Source of the DNA: Balanoglossus misakiensis
Lineage: Eukaryota > Animalia > Hemichordata
Direction of reading: 5' to 3'
Length of the DNA: 64,000 bases
Assembly: GCA_040954595.2 (NCBI GenBank)
Contig: CM082585.2
Coordinates: 9,660,564 to 9,724,563, forward strand
Below the pieces are notes generated by a model, which was not told the origin of the DNA, searched no databases, and saw nothing but the letters and a program-made list of their open reading frames with translations. Below are positions 36,453 to 49,523 of this stretch, piece by piece; the stretch's first letter is position 1; each line of letters opens with the position of its first letter. A program made the translations under genes and the position numbers.

Positions 36453-38162
36453 TTCGTTGCAATCAGTTGATGGTGAAGCCACTGCCCATGTGAATAAAAG
36501 CCAAAAAGACAGAAGTCGGATTGGTGCAAAAAAAAGCCAAAGAGAATTATACTTGATCATAAAACTCTTTGGACCCAATGCTATGAAAATCTTGACGAGA
36601 AAGGATTTATATTAAAGAGTGTATACATTGTCTTTTCCATCATTATTAGTTCTGTCATGAGTTATCATGAAGTATGCTGAGCCGAAGTTGCCGAATAAAA
36701 AAACACAATTGACACAATTAAAACTAAGTAAAACAATTATGGGTGTACTAGAAATCGATTAGGACTTACCACAATCCCTGTTGAAATGTGGAATATGTTT
36801 AGCTCTATGAGAGGATTGTAAGAAGAGGGTCCCTGGCCAAATGAGAAAAAAACACTGGGAATATAAAATAAAGGGCTACATAGTGGAGTAAATATATGAT
36901 AAACAGTCTGTTTTGTGCAGGCTTAGATGATAGGATGCCTATAGGGTATTCCTATTTTAAGGTTCATTTTTCAAATTTGAAAGTAGTTGAACTCGTGGAA
37001 ACTCCCATTTCCTGGCGCTGTGCATTGTTGGTTTTAATGACCCGCTAGTGATATCCGCTCTTATATGTACTGTTTTGTTGGAAGTTAGCGATGACGAGAC
37101 ATTAAAATTAGTGTGTGAAAATTAAGGATGTGTGATGTCTGAAAATTTTCAAATGCTGCTGTTCGTGTTGCCATGGTGAAATTGCCTCGAGCGTTAGTAT
37201 TCGGATTTGCGATTCAATCGTGTTCTGCCACGAAGTCGCGAGAAATTCACAGGATGTGCGTCCAGCACAGTGAGAGCTATAAGCTTACTTATGTGCAAAC
37301 AGGAGGTAGATTGTAGTGATGTGTTGGTGGTCAGAGATGTGAATGTTTCCATCTGTGGTTTTTAAGGAATGATACTGAGGCAACACTGTTTCAGTGACAA
37401 ATTTACCATGTAAGTTGTAAACATTCATTGACATTGCAGCGGTAACATCTACAGGCAAAAAAAGAAATTGAAACTGCTAGCTGCTTATAAAGAAAGAGGT
37501 AATGCATAGTGAAATCGCGTGCAATGTTACACGTATTCCAAATGATGTCCATCTGATATGAATCTGATATGATGTATCAGAGATCATGTTATCTCGTCAG
37601 TGTTGTGTTTAGAGGTGAATTTCAGTATGGGGCTAGAATTTCAGCCTGGGGGAAAATCTTTGTTTGTCGTTGTTAATAATAGTAGTCAATGTTGAACTTC
37701 AAAATATTAATATTCATTAGTACTTTTAAGATAACCCATCTGTGGCACAGTAGAAAATTACCAAAAAATGAATACTGGTACAAAGATACACATATACATT
37801 TGTGCACTTAATCACAAGCAACAGATGCATAACTTGCAATATGTAGAAATCTCTTAACCTGTCCAGCTCATGTGGTCCAGTAATCCAATTCTGAAGTCGT
37901 AAACAATATGTGCCACTTAATGCAATTACATAAATGGCAGCTATACTGATAAAACTTAAAATTACAACACACAAAAAATATAAAAACCATTAGCATAACA
38001 TTACAATATTACAATATTATCCCCACCTACAAAAAGATTACATTTGTTGTACAGATAAAAAGGACAATGGCTGCATAGACAAAAATTAAACACATTCTGG
38101 TACCAATAAATAAAGTAATATTATGTATCAGTTTCTCTAAAAATTTATAAATCTTGATTTTT

Positions 38163-41100
38163 CTAGTCTTCTAATAGCCAGTATGTTGTAACAAGGCCCT
38201 TTCCCTGGAAAAGTAAAAATAAATGAGTGAAAAGGTATCTTCTTCCACTGCATTGATTCCTCATCATGTGAATGGTGTGCGGTTTTGTAAACATCTGATA
38301 ACAGATGAATTTATTTTCAAGCATGCACACAGAGTAAACATGTCTTTATCAATTGGATTTGTTAAAGAGCAACCGATAGTTCCATTGTCATGGAAACGCT
38401 TACCTTCACATCGACTTCTCCGCGACTTTCTACCCTGAATCCCCCGATTGTCTCCAGAATTTCGGCTGTTTTTGAACTGATGTGGATCTTCTGTGCTAAA
38501 GAAGGGAAACGAAGGCATGTGAAAAGAGAGTCTGACCACAATATCTACTTACTGGAGTTCCTGCAGTTCAGTGTTTCTAATTATTTGAAGCACAACACAT
38601 TTGATGGCCTGTAGATGTTACCATACTCTAAAGCTTACTCGTGTTTGTTCGACTGAAATGACACTTGTGTAAATGGTGCTAACAAACAGTGGTGCTTTCA
38701 TTTTGTTGCAAACATCACATGAAACCTCATTATCTTTCATTATATTCACATTTTGCAAAATGCTGGGTGCTTGGCATTTATATTCCTTCAGACAATATCT
38801 TGAAATTATGACAGGACCATGGTGTGTTAGTAAATTAGGCAGCAGTAGAAGTATCACCAATAGCTGTAGACATTAAAGCATGCATACCCATTCCAGTGGA
38901 TTCCATTCTGGACGCGGTGTTGACAGTGTCACCAAACAGGCAGTAGCGCGGCATTTTCAGTCCGACAACCCCGGCCACAACTGGCCCTGAAAAAATAAAA
39001 CGAGAAATAAACACCACATTGCAACTATTGGTGACTAAACTTGACTTTGGAGAATATGGCCTTGAATGGAACACAACATGTTTACAAAAATGATTCTTTT
39101 TAACTTTGTATCATGCCGTCAAAAAACGGACGCACAGTTGTTCATCCAAGGATAAAAAAAACTTTAATTGGCAGTTTACAGTAAATAACCTAAATGTAAT
39201 GAGAATAGTAAAGCAAGTACTATATTTGATCAAAAAAAGTGATTGAATGACCCCCGAGAAAGTAACATCCTTCCATTGTTGAATTCCTGAATTGCTTTTG
39301 TCGTTTAAATGCGTCAATTTTCTTTTCTTCACTTTACCGGAATGTATTCCAATGCGCATTTTCAGTGTTTCATTCGGTCGATGGCGTATCTGGAATGACT
39401 GAACAGCTTTCAGTAGTGTCAATGCCATTCGAGCAATTTCCCGTGCGTGCCGAGTGCCGTTTCTAATTGGTAGTCCAGACACCACCATGTAGGCGTCTCC
39501 GATGGTTTCGACCTGATGAAGCAAACAGTATGAACTTTAATTTATTCATAGAAACAAAGAAAAAAATGGTGGGAAATCTCCCATATTTCATATATGCTTA
39601 GCCCTGACCCATTGTCTGAGCCAACGGAGTATAATCTTAGTGTCCCTGAGCGAAAGAATGAAAGTTTCAGTCGCTTGTTGGCGGGCTTTGTCATCGTCTC
39701 TCATGTGCAGAATTTGGGCAGATGGTGCAGAGCATGAAAAATCTTTCATTCGACAACTGTTTTAAATTGGAGGTTGAATTATGGAAGGTTCTCCGTGGCT
39801 TATACTGTAGATCTTGTGGTTTCACACAAATGCTGTCCGGAAACCACATTGGATTATATGGCCTCACAAATTGACATGCATATGTTGATCATGGGATATT
39901 GTCCTATATATAGTTGTTGAAGAATATGCAATCTTTGTCCTCCTTAATGACACTTTTCGGTAAAACAAGTTTGTTAATAGGGGGTGTGCTTCATACCTTG
40001 TAGACGTCAAAATCATCAATAATGTCATCGAAGCAGGTGTACAGATCGTTTAGGAAATCCACGATCTGTAGAGGGGTGCTGCTTGCAGAGAGGGCAGTAA
40101 AGCCAACAATATCACTGAAGAAAATGGTGACTTTGTCAAATGCCTCAGCTGCTACTGCTGTTCCATGCTTCAGCTGTTCAGCAACAGGCCTTTACAAGAA
40201 AAAAAAAAGAAAACTGTCAACACGTCAACCTCAAATCATGTTGTCTCACTGTATAGGTTCTTACTTAAAATAGCTTCTTACATTAACACATTACTATAGA
40301 GCATAGTCTTACAGGATATCTTAATTGGTACACAATATTAGGGCCATGCCGTTTGCCGTTTGAATGAGCCCATCACAAACAACTGTACAGTTATCATGGC
40401 CCAAAATATTTCATCAAAAGTTGTCAGTCACCTTGGTAACAGTTGCTCCAACAACTGTTCAGATTTCTTCTTCTCGTCCACAAGTTGCGTTGTTCTTTCG
40501 GCAACTATGCCTTCAAGGTTCGTTGCATATTGTTCCATTCTCGACAGCAAATTATCCAGAATGTTACCAATGTTTCTGTAACAGGAACAAACCTGGATAT
40601 CATCCTTAACCAATACCCCTGATTCACAAGACAATACTGTGACAACAGTGTCTGAACATGCATTCATTTGAAACATTGACTTACCCATGCTTTTTATTAA
40701 TGGAGCGCATCACACTGAGCAACTTGGTAAAGTCGGGTCTGTCATCTGGGTCTTCTGCCCAACACTCGACGATCAAGGAAAGAAAATCATCTGAAGTACT
40801 TGTTTCTGGCAGTTGAGGGCGAAAGACTGGATTTTCTTTCGCTTTAACCCTCTTAATGATATCTAGAGAAATTACCAGGCATAAGTATGAGCCATGTTTG
40901 TACGATTACAAGAACATAAGAAATTTGAAATCATGCTTTGCATTAACATAATATGTTTGTGCTCTTGTAGGTGACTTAAAAGAAATGTTGCAGGTACATT
41001 TTATCTGTGCAGATATATTTACTTTACCTTCCGGTTGCAAATTAGCTGAAAGCCAACTTTCGAAAGGTTCACCTCGTGTCCGTATCTCATGCAGTATTAT

Positions 41101-44100
41101 TCCGAAGCTGTACACATCACCTTTCTGTGTTCCATCTGATGAAACCTCCCCTCGCAACAATTCAGGAGCCCTCCAAAACATATCTTTGAAATAAAAATGA
41201 TATAAGAGATCCATGGGCAAAAATCATCCATGTCAAATCATGTGTAAGCTTATACTGCATTCTGATCGTCATGAATGACATCCATGGATGTTGCTATATT
41301 GTCATAATCACCCAAATCAAACTTTCATTATCGTCAACTGAATTTGCTCAGACGAAGTTTGTAATATACATTATGTACCACAAGGAGCATGTGACTGCAT
41401 GCTCAAATTGTGTTCATATTAAATTGCACTTACTGTAGTAATCTGCGAAATTTTCGCCATCACCCTCATTCACCTTGGTACGCCATGCGCGCACGCCAAA
41501 ATCAGACAGTTTGAGAACAAACCGACCATCGACGAGGCAGTTGGACGACTTAAGGTTGCCGTGGTATTTTAGGAACGAACCGTGTATGAAATCCATCCCC
41601 TGATTAGACACAAGAAAAGAGCTCTGGTAAATTTGGAGCAAAGAAATCACTAATAACAGCCAACTACAGACCATAGCTGCAATGTAATGTTTACTTAAAT
41701 GATTATTTTTGATTAGGTTACATGGATATGTCTCACCTTAACAATATCAAATGCCAAGGAGTAACGGAACATCCAATCAAGTTTAATAGAATCATTCGCA
41801 AGGATATCCTGGAAAGAACATATAAACAGAAATATATATTCAAGAATTAAGAGAAAATGTTTCATCAAACACACTCACACATATACTTAACAGTGTTTCC
41901 ATACATAATACATAATACATACATACATACATACATACATACATACATACATACATACATACATACATACATACATACATACATACATACATACATACAT
42001 AATCTTTGAGATACACTGTTACCTATGCATAAACTCATATTGTAGACACAATATCATTCACCCACTATGAAGTAGAAATGACTATTTTTTACTTACCTGC
42101 AGACTTCCTTTTCTGCAGTACTCAACAACGAAACACGGTCTTCGTGGATCAATGCAGGCACCGATAAAACGGACAAGATTAGGGTGACTGACATCGCGGA
42201 GCTAGAAAAGAAAACAAATAATTAAACTCTATGCCTCCATAAATAAACCTGTATGCAAAATCAACGAGCCCCTGTGCGACCTGCCTTGAATAATTATCGT
42301 GAAGAGGGCCAGTTTTTGACGTATTTTTAAATCAAAATCTGAGAGAGAGAACTTACTTTGTTCAGTTCAATCAGAGTGGCCTGAGTTAAAATGATTTTGA
42401 CCTCAATAGGTTTAATGGCACATCTTACGCCCTGCAGAGAAAGGGATTGGATACACTGATGATGTATATTTATGACATAGTGAACTCTATAATCTGAATC
42501 CTGCCAAATAACACCATAGAATTTTGCTCCCTGAGCCTGTTAGTAAACATGTATTCAGTTGGATTTCTGTGGGTGTTAACTGTATCACTGCGGAACTATG
42601 TGGAGAGAGTGTCTTTCAAAAATATTAAGTCTAGCAGAATTTATATGTTTACAAGAAAACCCCACACAAAATGTATTTGTGTATGCTCCAACTGCCTAAG
42701 GCCATTGATATAGATAAGAATGTTACTCTACGGCCCGCGTGCGTTTCCCCATTGCGTCATTGGTGGTTGTATTTCACTCAAAAGCCAGTAAATAAAGACT
42801 TGGCTGCTTTTAGAAGATTGCTATGAAATTGCCATCGGGAAATATTACAAGGACAATTATGTTATTGAAGAAGTACGTAATATTAACACAGGGAAGAAAT
42901 TTTATCCTGTTCTCCTCCAAGTAAGGCCTAGGGGATTTTGTTTGCATGATGTGTTTTGGTGACGTATAAGATCCATTAAAATCCATCAACTTGCATAGTT
43001 ATGGGCTGACGTATTCAAGATGCAAAGCTTGAACATCCGCCACCATAAAAAAACTACACAGTGCCCGATGGCTCTGTTTTCAAATAAAGTTGTAGCTGCT
43101 GGTAGTTACCTGATAGACGGCAACTTTTGTGAAAACTTGGTCCTCATTTACACTATTCTTCAATGAAGGGTAGGAGATCTGAGAATATAACAAACGCAAA
43201 AAAGTAATGTTTTCAGCAAGTACTATGTTGGCCAGTGTTCATGATGAGTTTTAGCCACATTACAGCTAAAGGTCTTCAAATGGTCAGGTTCTATCCATTT
43301 CTCTTAAGGAGATACCAATTGCCATATTTCGGTATGACCTAGGAGCTTTAATACACGTAACTAATAGTCACTGTAACTTATGGTACAATGTAATAACCAG
43401 TGGATTACTCACCATACAAGAAGCGCTTAATGCAGGGTACTGTTCAAAGAGAAGGTCATCATAGTTGATCTTCCAAAGCATTTGGGTTATTTGTTTCTGT
43501 AGCTTGAAACGACTGTAAAAGGGATTTGTGGAAATTTACCTATTTGAGTGTATGTGTTCTATTTCATATTTTATTAACCATTCACGCCCAGGGTTGTCCA
43601 GTTCAGACAACCTGATCAAAACCAGAATTGCTAAGTCAATGCAAGTTTATGCAACAACAAAAAGAGTACTCAGCCAATCAGTTGGTTGGACTCAGACGAA
43701 CATTTCAAAATCTTGATTTCAGCTGCACACCAAAATTTTGATCACAGCCCTCGTAAACCAAGAGAATACTTGCACTCACCGATACAACACTGTTGATGTG
43801 ATAATGAGGACTAGCAATATAATGCATATGACACTTATTAATGTTATCATCACGTCCGTGTTCACTAGAGAGACAAAAAAGAAAGAAAATTGAACTGACC
43901 ATATTGTGGAAGCATCTCAGAACTTCAGAGCAATAAAGTAAAGAAGACACTTAGTGCAAAAAGACACAGAATTTTCTCAATGATGTAAAGTCTCAGACAA
44001 CGTTGGCTGGTTCAGTGCGAATTGTTCAGCGTTGACTTTCTTCAGCAAGTGGTTGGGTAATACATGTACTAGTGTAAATGCCATTACCTGTAGCTAAACA

Positions 44101-46348
44101 GAGTTCTCCAAGAAATCCACAAAGAGGAGTGTCTAACGGTGGTCCGATCGCCTCTGCGGGCCACTGAATGTCAACCCCAGGAACAAATTCAAGAACCTTT
44201 GTATGGCCGTAGTACTTTCCTACAATGACCATCTGGGCATGAAGGACAACATATGATAGGTGACATCATTCATTAAATAGTGGGCACAAACAGTACTGAA
44301 ACATGTCTTACAATGATAAATAAATAGAAAATTGTTGTGTGATTAGGATAAGCGATTAGTGAAGTAGACACAGCTTTCATCAACTTGAATATCACTGACC
44401 TCGTTGTCTTCATCGGCAGGCAATGTGTCAACCATCATGAAATCTGAATCCATGTCACCATTGTCGTCCATACTCATGCTGAGTGCGCCTGAAAGGGAAT
44501 CATTTTTGTCAGAAAATCTTGTATGATGTGAGGCCTGTTAAATTATCTTACACCTTACACCTCCACCTCTGCTACGATTTAAAGTCGCGGTTGTGCCATA
44601 TAACAAGAAATAGTTCTTACCCGGTAGGTGTTCGCGACCATACAGTCTTCTCGCTATGGTGTGTCCATCATAGGCACTTCCATTCTCTCTTATTGTCTCC
44701 GCCAGTGCAAACACATATAAGAAAAGAGCATCATGTACCATGGCCATGGTCAGTGGTATCTGAAATAATCCAAGTGAAAAAATGAATTTATTGTCTGCAT
44801 CTGAATTAAATAACAATTAAAATGCAGGACTGTCATAAACTCGAAATAGTATGGTGGTATTTGCCAAGCGATCTACCTGTAAAAGTTTAGAAAACTTTCT
44901 TTTATTAAATCGCGACTTGGAACATGCGATGCCAAACTCGTACATTTTGTTCCAAATTACTTACACCCCCATTTCTTATTATTGATACCCCATGAATGTT
45001 ATCTAATCGACATACCTCATCATAAGTTTCATTGATCGCTGCAAGACGCTTTGTTGCTTCTACGGTAAAGTTAAGGTATGCCTCCGTGACTGGTTTCAGT
45101 TTGGTTAGCAAGAAGAGTGCCTGTAATAAGACATACATGTTTTTCTAGACTACAATTTACTTCTGTAGAAAGGCAATTAATGAACAAAGCAACTACAAAC
45201 CGTCGAATATCATAGTACGCAACATGAAAAATATATTTACTTATAAATATTTACTCACCGAAAAGCCTTCTTTTGCCATGGCATCTTCTATTTCATCTTC
45301 CCCCAACTTCCAATTGTATCTACTGAGCCCACTGCTGCTTTCAAACACTGGGGCAAAGAAGGCATGTTCTCCATCTATGAGACCCAGTTTAGACGCAGCG
45401 ACCATGGCCAACCGTACAGAACTTCTGCTCAGGCAAAGTACAATAACTGCAAGGGACAAAAACTGCTCTGAACATATTTTTTGAGTAAGTAAAATCTGTG
45501 ATGGAAAGTGAAAACTAATTGGCAAGTCGAGTGGTTTTATCTGTTTAGCAGATGTATTGTAATTCAGACTTGCCTTCATAAAACCTTGTGTTTCTAAACC
45601 AGGTACATTTTCATATTTGCTAATTGCTCAAACACAGAGTAACCTCTGGGTGTACAGGGGAAAAAGTTAAGAGACAATCAAAAGCATAATCAAAGTAACA
45701 GGACATACTTCTTGATACCTTGACCGCATCTTTCATTGCAGCTTCGATATTTTTGTAAGTGGTACTTATGGTCGCATAGAATGCTATGGTTATATTTCCA
45801 CTGTCTGCGGCCGCTCTTATGCCATCCGCAAACAACGTGCTTGAATCAGAAGAGATGATGCTGAATCTCTTCCAGGAGAAGGCCTCGCAGACCGCCCGGA
45901 AGAAACCACCCATTTTGTATTGCGAGCCGTAAGTTCTGATGAGCGTCGGGAATTCCGTCTTGTCCATCATCTCGACGCCGGTGCAGAGACCGGTGAAGGA
46001 GGGCAGATTGTAGTAAGCAGCCAGTCGGGCGGTGTGGCGGCAGACGGTGGAGCAGATAGGTCCGATGAAAGCTGAGTAGTTATTGTGCATCAGCGCGCCC
46101 ACAAGGGTACCCAGTGTATGTGTCGGTTCGCACCGTGTGTCCAACACTTCAAACGTAAGGTTATATCCCGGCGGCATCAGACCGGGCTGCGACCTAATGT
46201 TGTCCAGCGCAAGTTCGTTCATGACTTGAATCGACTCATCATACCGTGTAGGATGCAACAAAAGTAATTTCAACTCTTCTCCAAGAACATCGTTTTGAAG
46301 CGGCGAAAGGATGAACAAGAATGACAAAAGTTTCGTCGAGAGCTCCAT
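38163..46348 (-). CDS. Receptor-type guanylyl cyclase (NPR/speract-receptor-like), paralogue A, complete, ~1018 aa
   Basis: 21 phase-consistent exons: 46348-45709, 45446-45259, 45120-45016, 44759-44621, 44488-44400, 44232-44088, 43864-43780 (TM), 43512-43413, 43178-43110, 42431-42357, 42201-42097, 41808-41737, 41599-41434, 41183-41028, 40862-40685, 40575-40432, 40189-39997, 39512-39338, 38986-38888, 38495-38404, 38204-38163 (TAG). Signal peptide; ANF-receptor domain ([26 protein letters not shown]); kinase-homology domain ([17 protein letters not shown]); cyclase ([36 protein letters not shown]). Confidence 0.95.
41915..42001. repeat. (CATA)n microsatellite
   Basis: About 21 perfect units in an intron of cyclase A. 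Confidence 0.95.
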
Positions 46349-47934
46349 CTCGAGTACAGAGAAGAATTACAGCTTCTGCCGCTTGCAAAATGGAACATCT
46401 GATGTGTATCAAAGTTCGATGAGTTATACAACTGCCGAGTCGAGATTCTATACTTTCTACTGCTCAGTAGGTCACGTGTTAACCATATTGATCCAGTAAA
46501 TAGGTTCTCAGATATTATCAATAGCATGTATTGATATTGCTTTGCGCACTGCACGATAAAATAAATTGAACAATGGCGCAGTGATACATTTTCCTCCATC
46601 AATGCGGCTGTTATAACTAAACATATTTAGTTTAACTTACATTTGTATCTATTGTCATTTCCTCAAGATACGGCTGCAGAAGTTTGAGATGCTCATTTGC
46701 ACACTACAACACGATTAGTTCTTCTACATTTGTTTCGGGGAAACTGATGCAAAGTGATCTATCTGCAGTTCAAACAGTAGAAGACATTTCATATGTTTTT
46801 GTAGTAGTACTGTGCAGATTTGTTGTAAAACGCAGTTCTTTCTTCAGGCCGATGGAACCCGAAACCCATGTTCACACTTTGTATGTAAGGTGTTTACAAA
46901 GAAATGCATTTGCCCTCGTAGATGCCAATTTGATGTTTGATGCAAAAAAATATATTTCTGTTAGCAGAGCACAATAGGCCAAAGTATTGAATGGTCTGTA
47001 TGTTTATAGGTCCCATTTAACTTTTTAGAGTCAGCAGGAACACAAATTAATGTGAACTGGCACTGTTCAAGTCTTCGTTGCTATCAAATACGCTGCAAGG
47101 CATCTATTGTTATTTTTGAACGCCCTGTCTGTACCCGCGGCAGTTATTTCCTTAAAAGTCGGCTTGAATGGGACACTTTCTAAATCGTGTTTTTCGTTCA
47201 CAATGACTGTCACCAATTATTTTCAAGACAGCCTCGAGCCACTTGAAAGAGAAGGGGCATCTTCAAGGAGAGTGGCTAGATGATGGTAAATGTCTGAACC
47301 GGCATTTTCTTGCATTATTCATCCTTGCATGAACCCAACGCAAAGGTTGTCAACAACTTTACACTTAAGAGATCCTGACAAACAAACAGATGAGGAAGCA
47401 ACCGTCCTTTATCTGGAGATTTTGGCGAAATTCCACACTTTTTACACAAATTGGTTTGCCTGATGCTGAAATGTTTCAGAGGAAGCGCATCGAGAGAAAA
47501 AATTGTGAATACTCGTCTAACCTAGCTCGCTTGTAATATATTTACATGTATACACTAATATAGTTGTTTCTTTTGTGCAAATTATAATGTTTGGTTGATT
47601 TCTAACCCCTTTCGACATTTAAAATGAATATAAACTATCGTCAGAATTGGTCAGATCAAACCACAGTTTGGCATGCAATGCTAGTAAGCCTTCAAACTGA
47701 TTGAAGTATGCTTAGTGTAATCTTGAGAAGTATTGCCTTGAGCAACAGGCATTGCCACCTTAAGGTATTTGTGAAGGTCACCTGGTTATTTTGTTCAAAA
47801 CTCAGAAAAAATTACCCCTTTTCATACAAAGTGTTCCTTTTTCTTTTTTTCATGGCCTTTAGAGGTGTCAACACTTCAACAATTAACAAGAATGAAAGCC
47901 TGCCATTCGTCATTGAAAAATCGTCTGTACAGAC

Positions 47935-48018
47935 GAGTGCGCGGCAACTTCCTGTCTTTAATTAGCATTTTCACAGGAGTGTGCGGCAACTTCCTGTCTT
48001 AAATTAGCATTCTCAAAG
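47935..48018. repeat. 42-bp tandem duplication
   Basis: GAGTGYGCGGCAACTTCCTGTCTTWAATTAGCATT occurs at 47935 and 47977. Confidence 0.8.
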
Positions 48019-49523
48019 TGTGTCATTTGGCACGTTTCATTATACATGTATGGTGAACAGTGTACTTCAAACACAATTTTTTCATAGCATCATACTGAAA
48101 CATATGTTTACAAAATCCTGTCAGACTTTCTCAATATTTCTTAGGAATAAAATTATAACAATTAGAACATTACGCACAAAACGATCACATGTCGGATCGC
48201 CCCAGAAGTCAAACTCGAGGTAGTTTGAGATATCTTTTTCCTGAACATTATTTTACATGACACAATATGCTCAAACTAGCTATGACTGTGTGTTTGGGGA
48301 GTGTACCTACCTTGTAGTCTACATGTTGACATAAATAGTCACCTTGTCGTGTATAATCTCTGTGGACGTCTGTTATCAACATATAAACTTTCAAAATGAT
48401 GAATTCATACTCATACAGAAAACAACAGCCAAATGTTGAAGGCTATCTTTTATTATTCTTTACCTTTAACATTGAAATGTTATGATCTTACACAAAATGA
48501 AAATTTAATGAAAACATTAATAGTCGATCAAGAAGATGTAAGAAAATAATGAACATAATTCTTTAATGTCTTATCCAACTCAGGCTCCGCTACTTTTAGT
48601 TGGTGTTACGCTAAAAAATCTAATATGTGTGTATGCTTTGTGGTTCAAATTGGTACAATATGCGAGTATAAGAGAATTGTTTATGAAAGTTTGTACATGA
48701 TTTAAGTTTTAGCAAAAGTCATAAATAAACTTGCAAGCAGTTTGCTAATTTGCATAATAAGGAATCCATAACATGGGTACATTTAAAAGAAATGTTTGTG
48801 ATCATTGATGCTGCTTCCCCTCCCCTCCCCCACCAAGTCACAATGAGATTGGTGAAAATGGCAGCATCTCTTAAAGAATTCATCTTGTGACACATACACA
48901 CAAAGGTCACCATGCATGCACTATCACAAGTAAATGTAACGGATCTCGACAACTATAAAATTCAAAATTACAGATTTGACTTTCACAAATATCTGTTATC
49001 AGATGCGCACACGCACACCACCACATGATAATGATATGACGTAGGTGAACAAGTTTCTGTGTATACACACACACACCAAGAATTGTGACGTATTTCATGT
49101 TCAGTTAACTTCATACATTCTTGTGACGCACATACATGTACATAAATTGTACATTTTTACATGTCTGTTTTTTAGACAATTGACATTGTTCTCACAAATG
49201 TTAATTTGATAGAAAAATCAAAATGTATAGAGTTCATATTTATTGGTAGAAGATGATTTTAATTATACAGGTAACAAAAATATATATATCAAATCCTAGT
49301 ATACAAATAACCAGCCTATCTTTTTGTTTTGTGTCATAATTTTACACCTCAAAGAAATAAGTAAATAAATAAATACATTAATAGATAAATAAATAAATAC
49401 ATAAATAATTGAAGGGACATTTCTTCATAATGTATTTCTGGTCATCCAAAACTAAAACTCAACATATTGTTTCACAGAAAGACAAGGCAGATAGGCAAGT
49501 TCTTATATGTTCCCTGTTCATAA

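Noticed and set aside
36453-36578. N-terminal extension of the GPCR in the 390-aa ORF
   Set aside because: Begins at a non-ATG codon and runs through a pyrimidine tract and CAG acceptor at 36482, so it is most likely intron plus 5' UTR.
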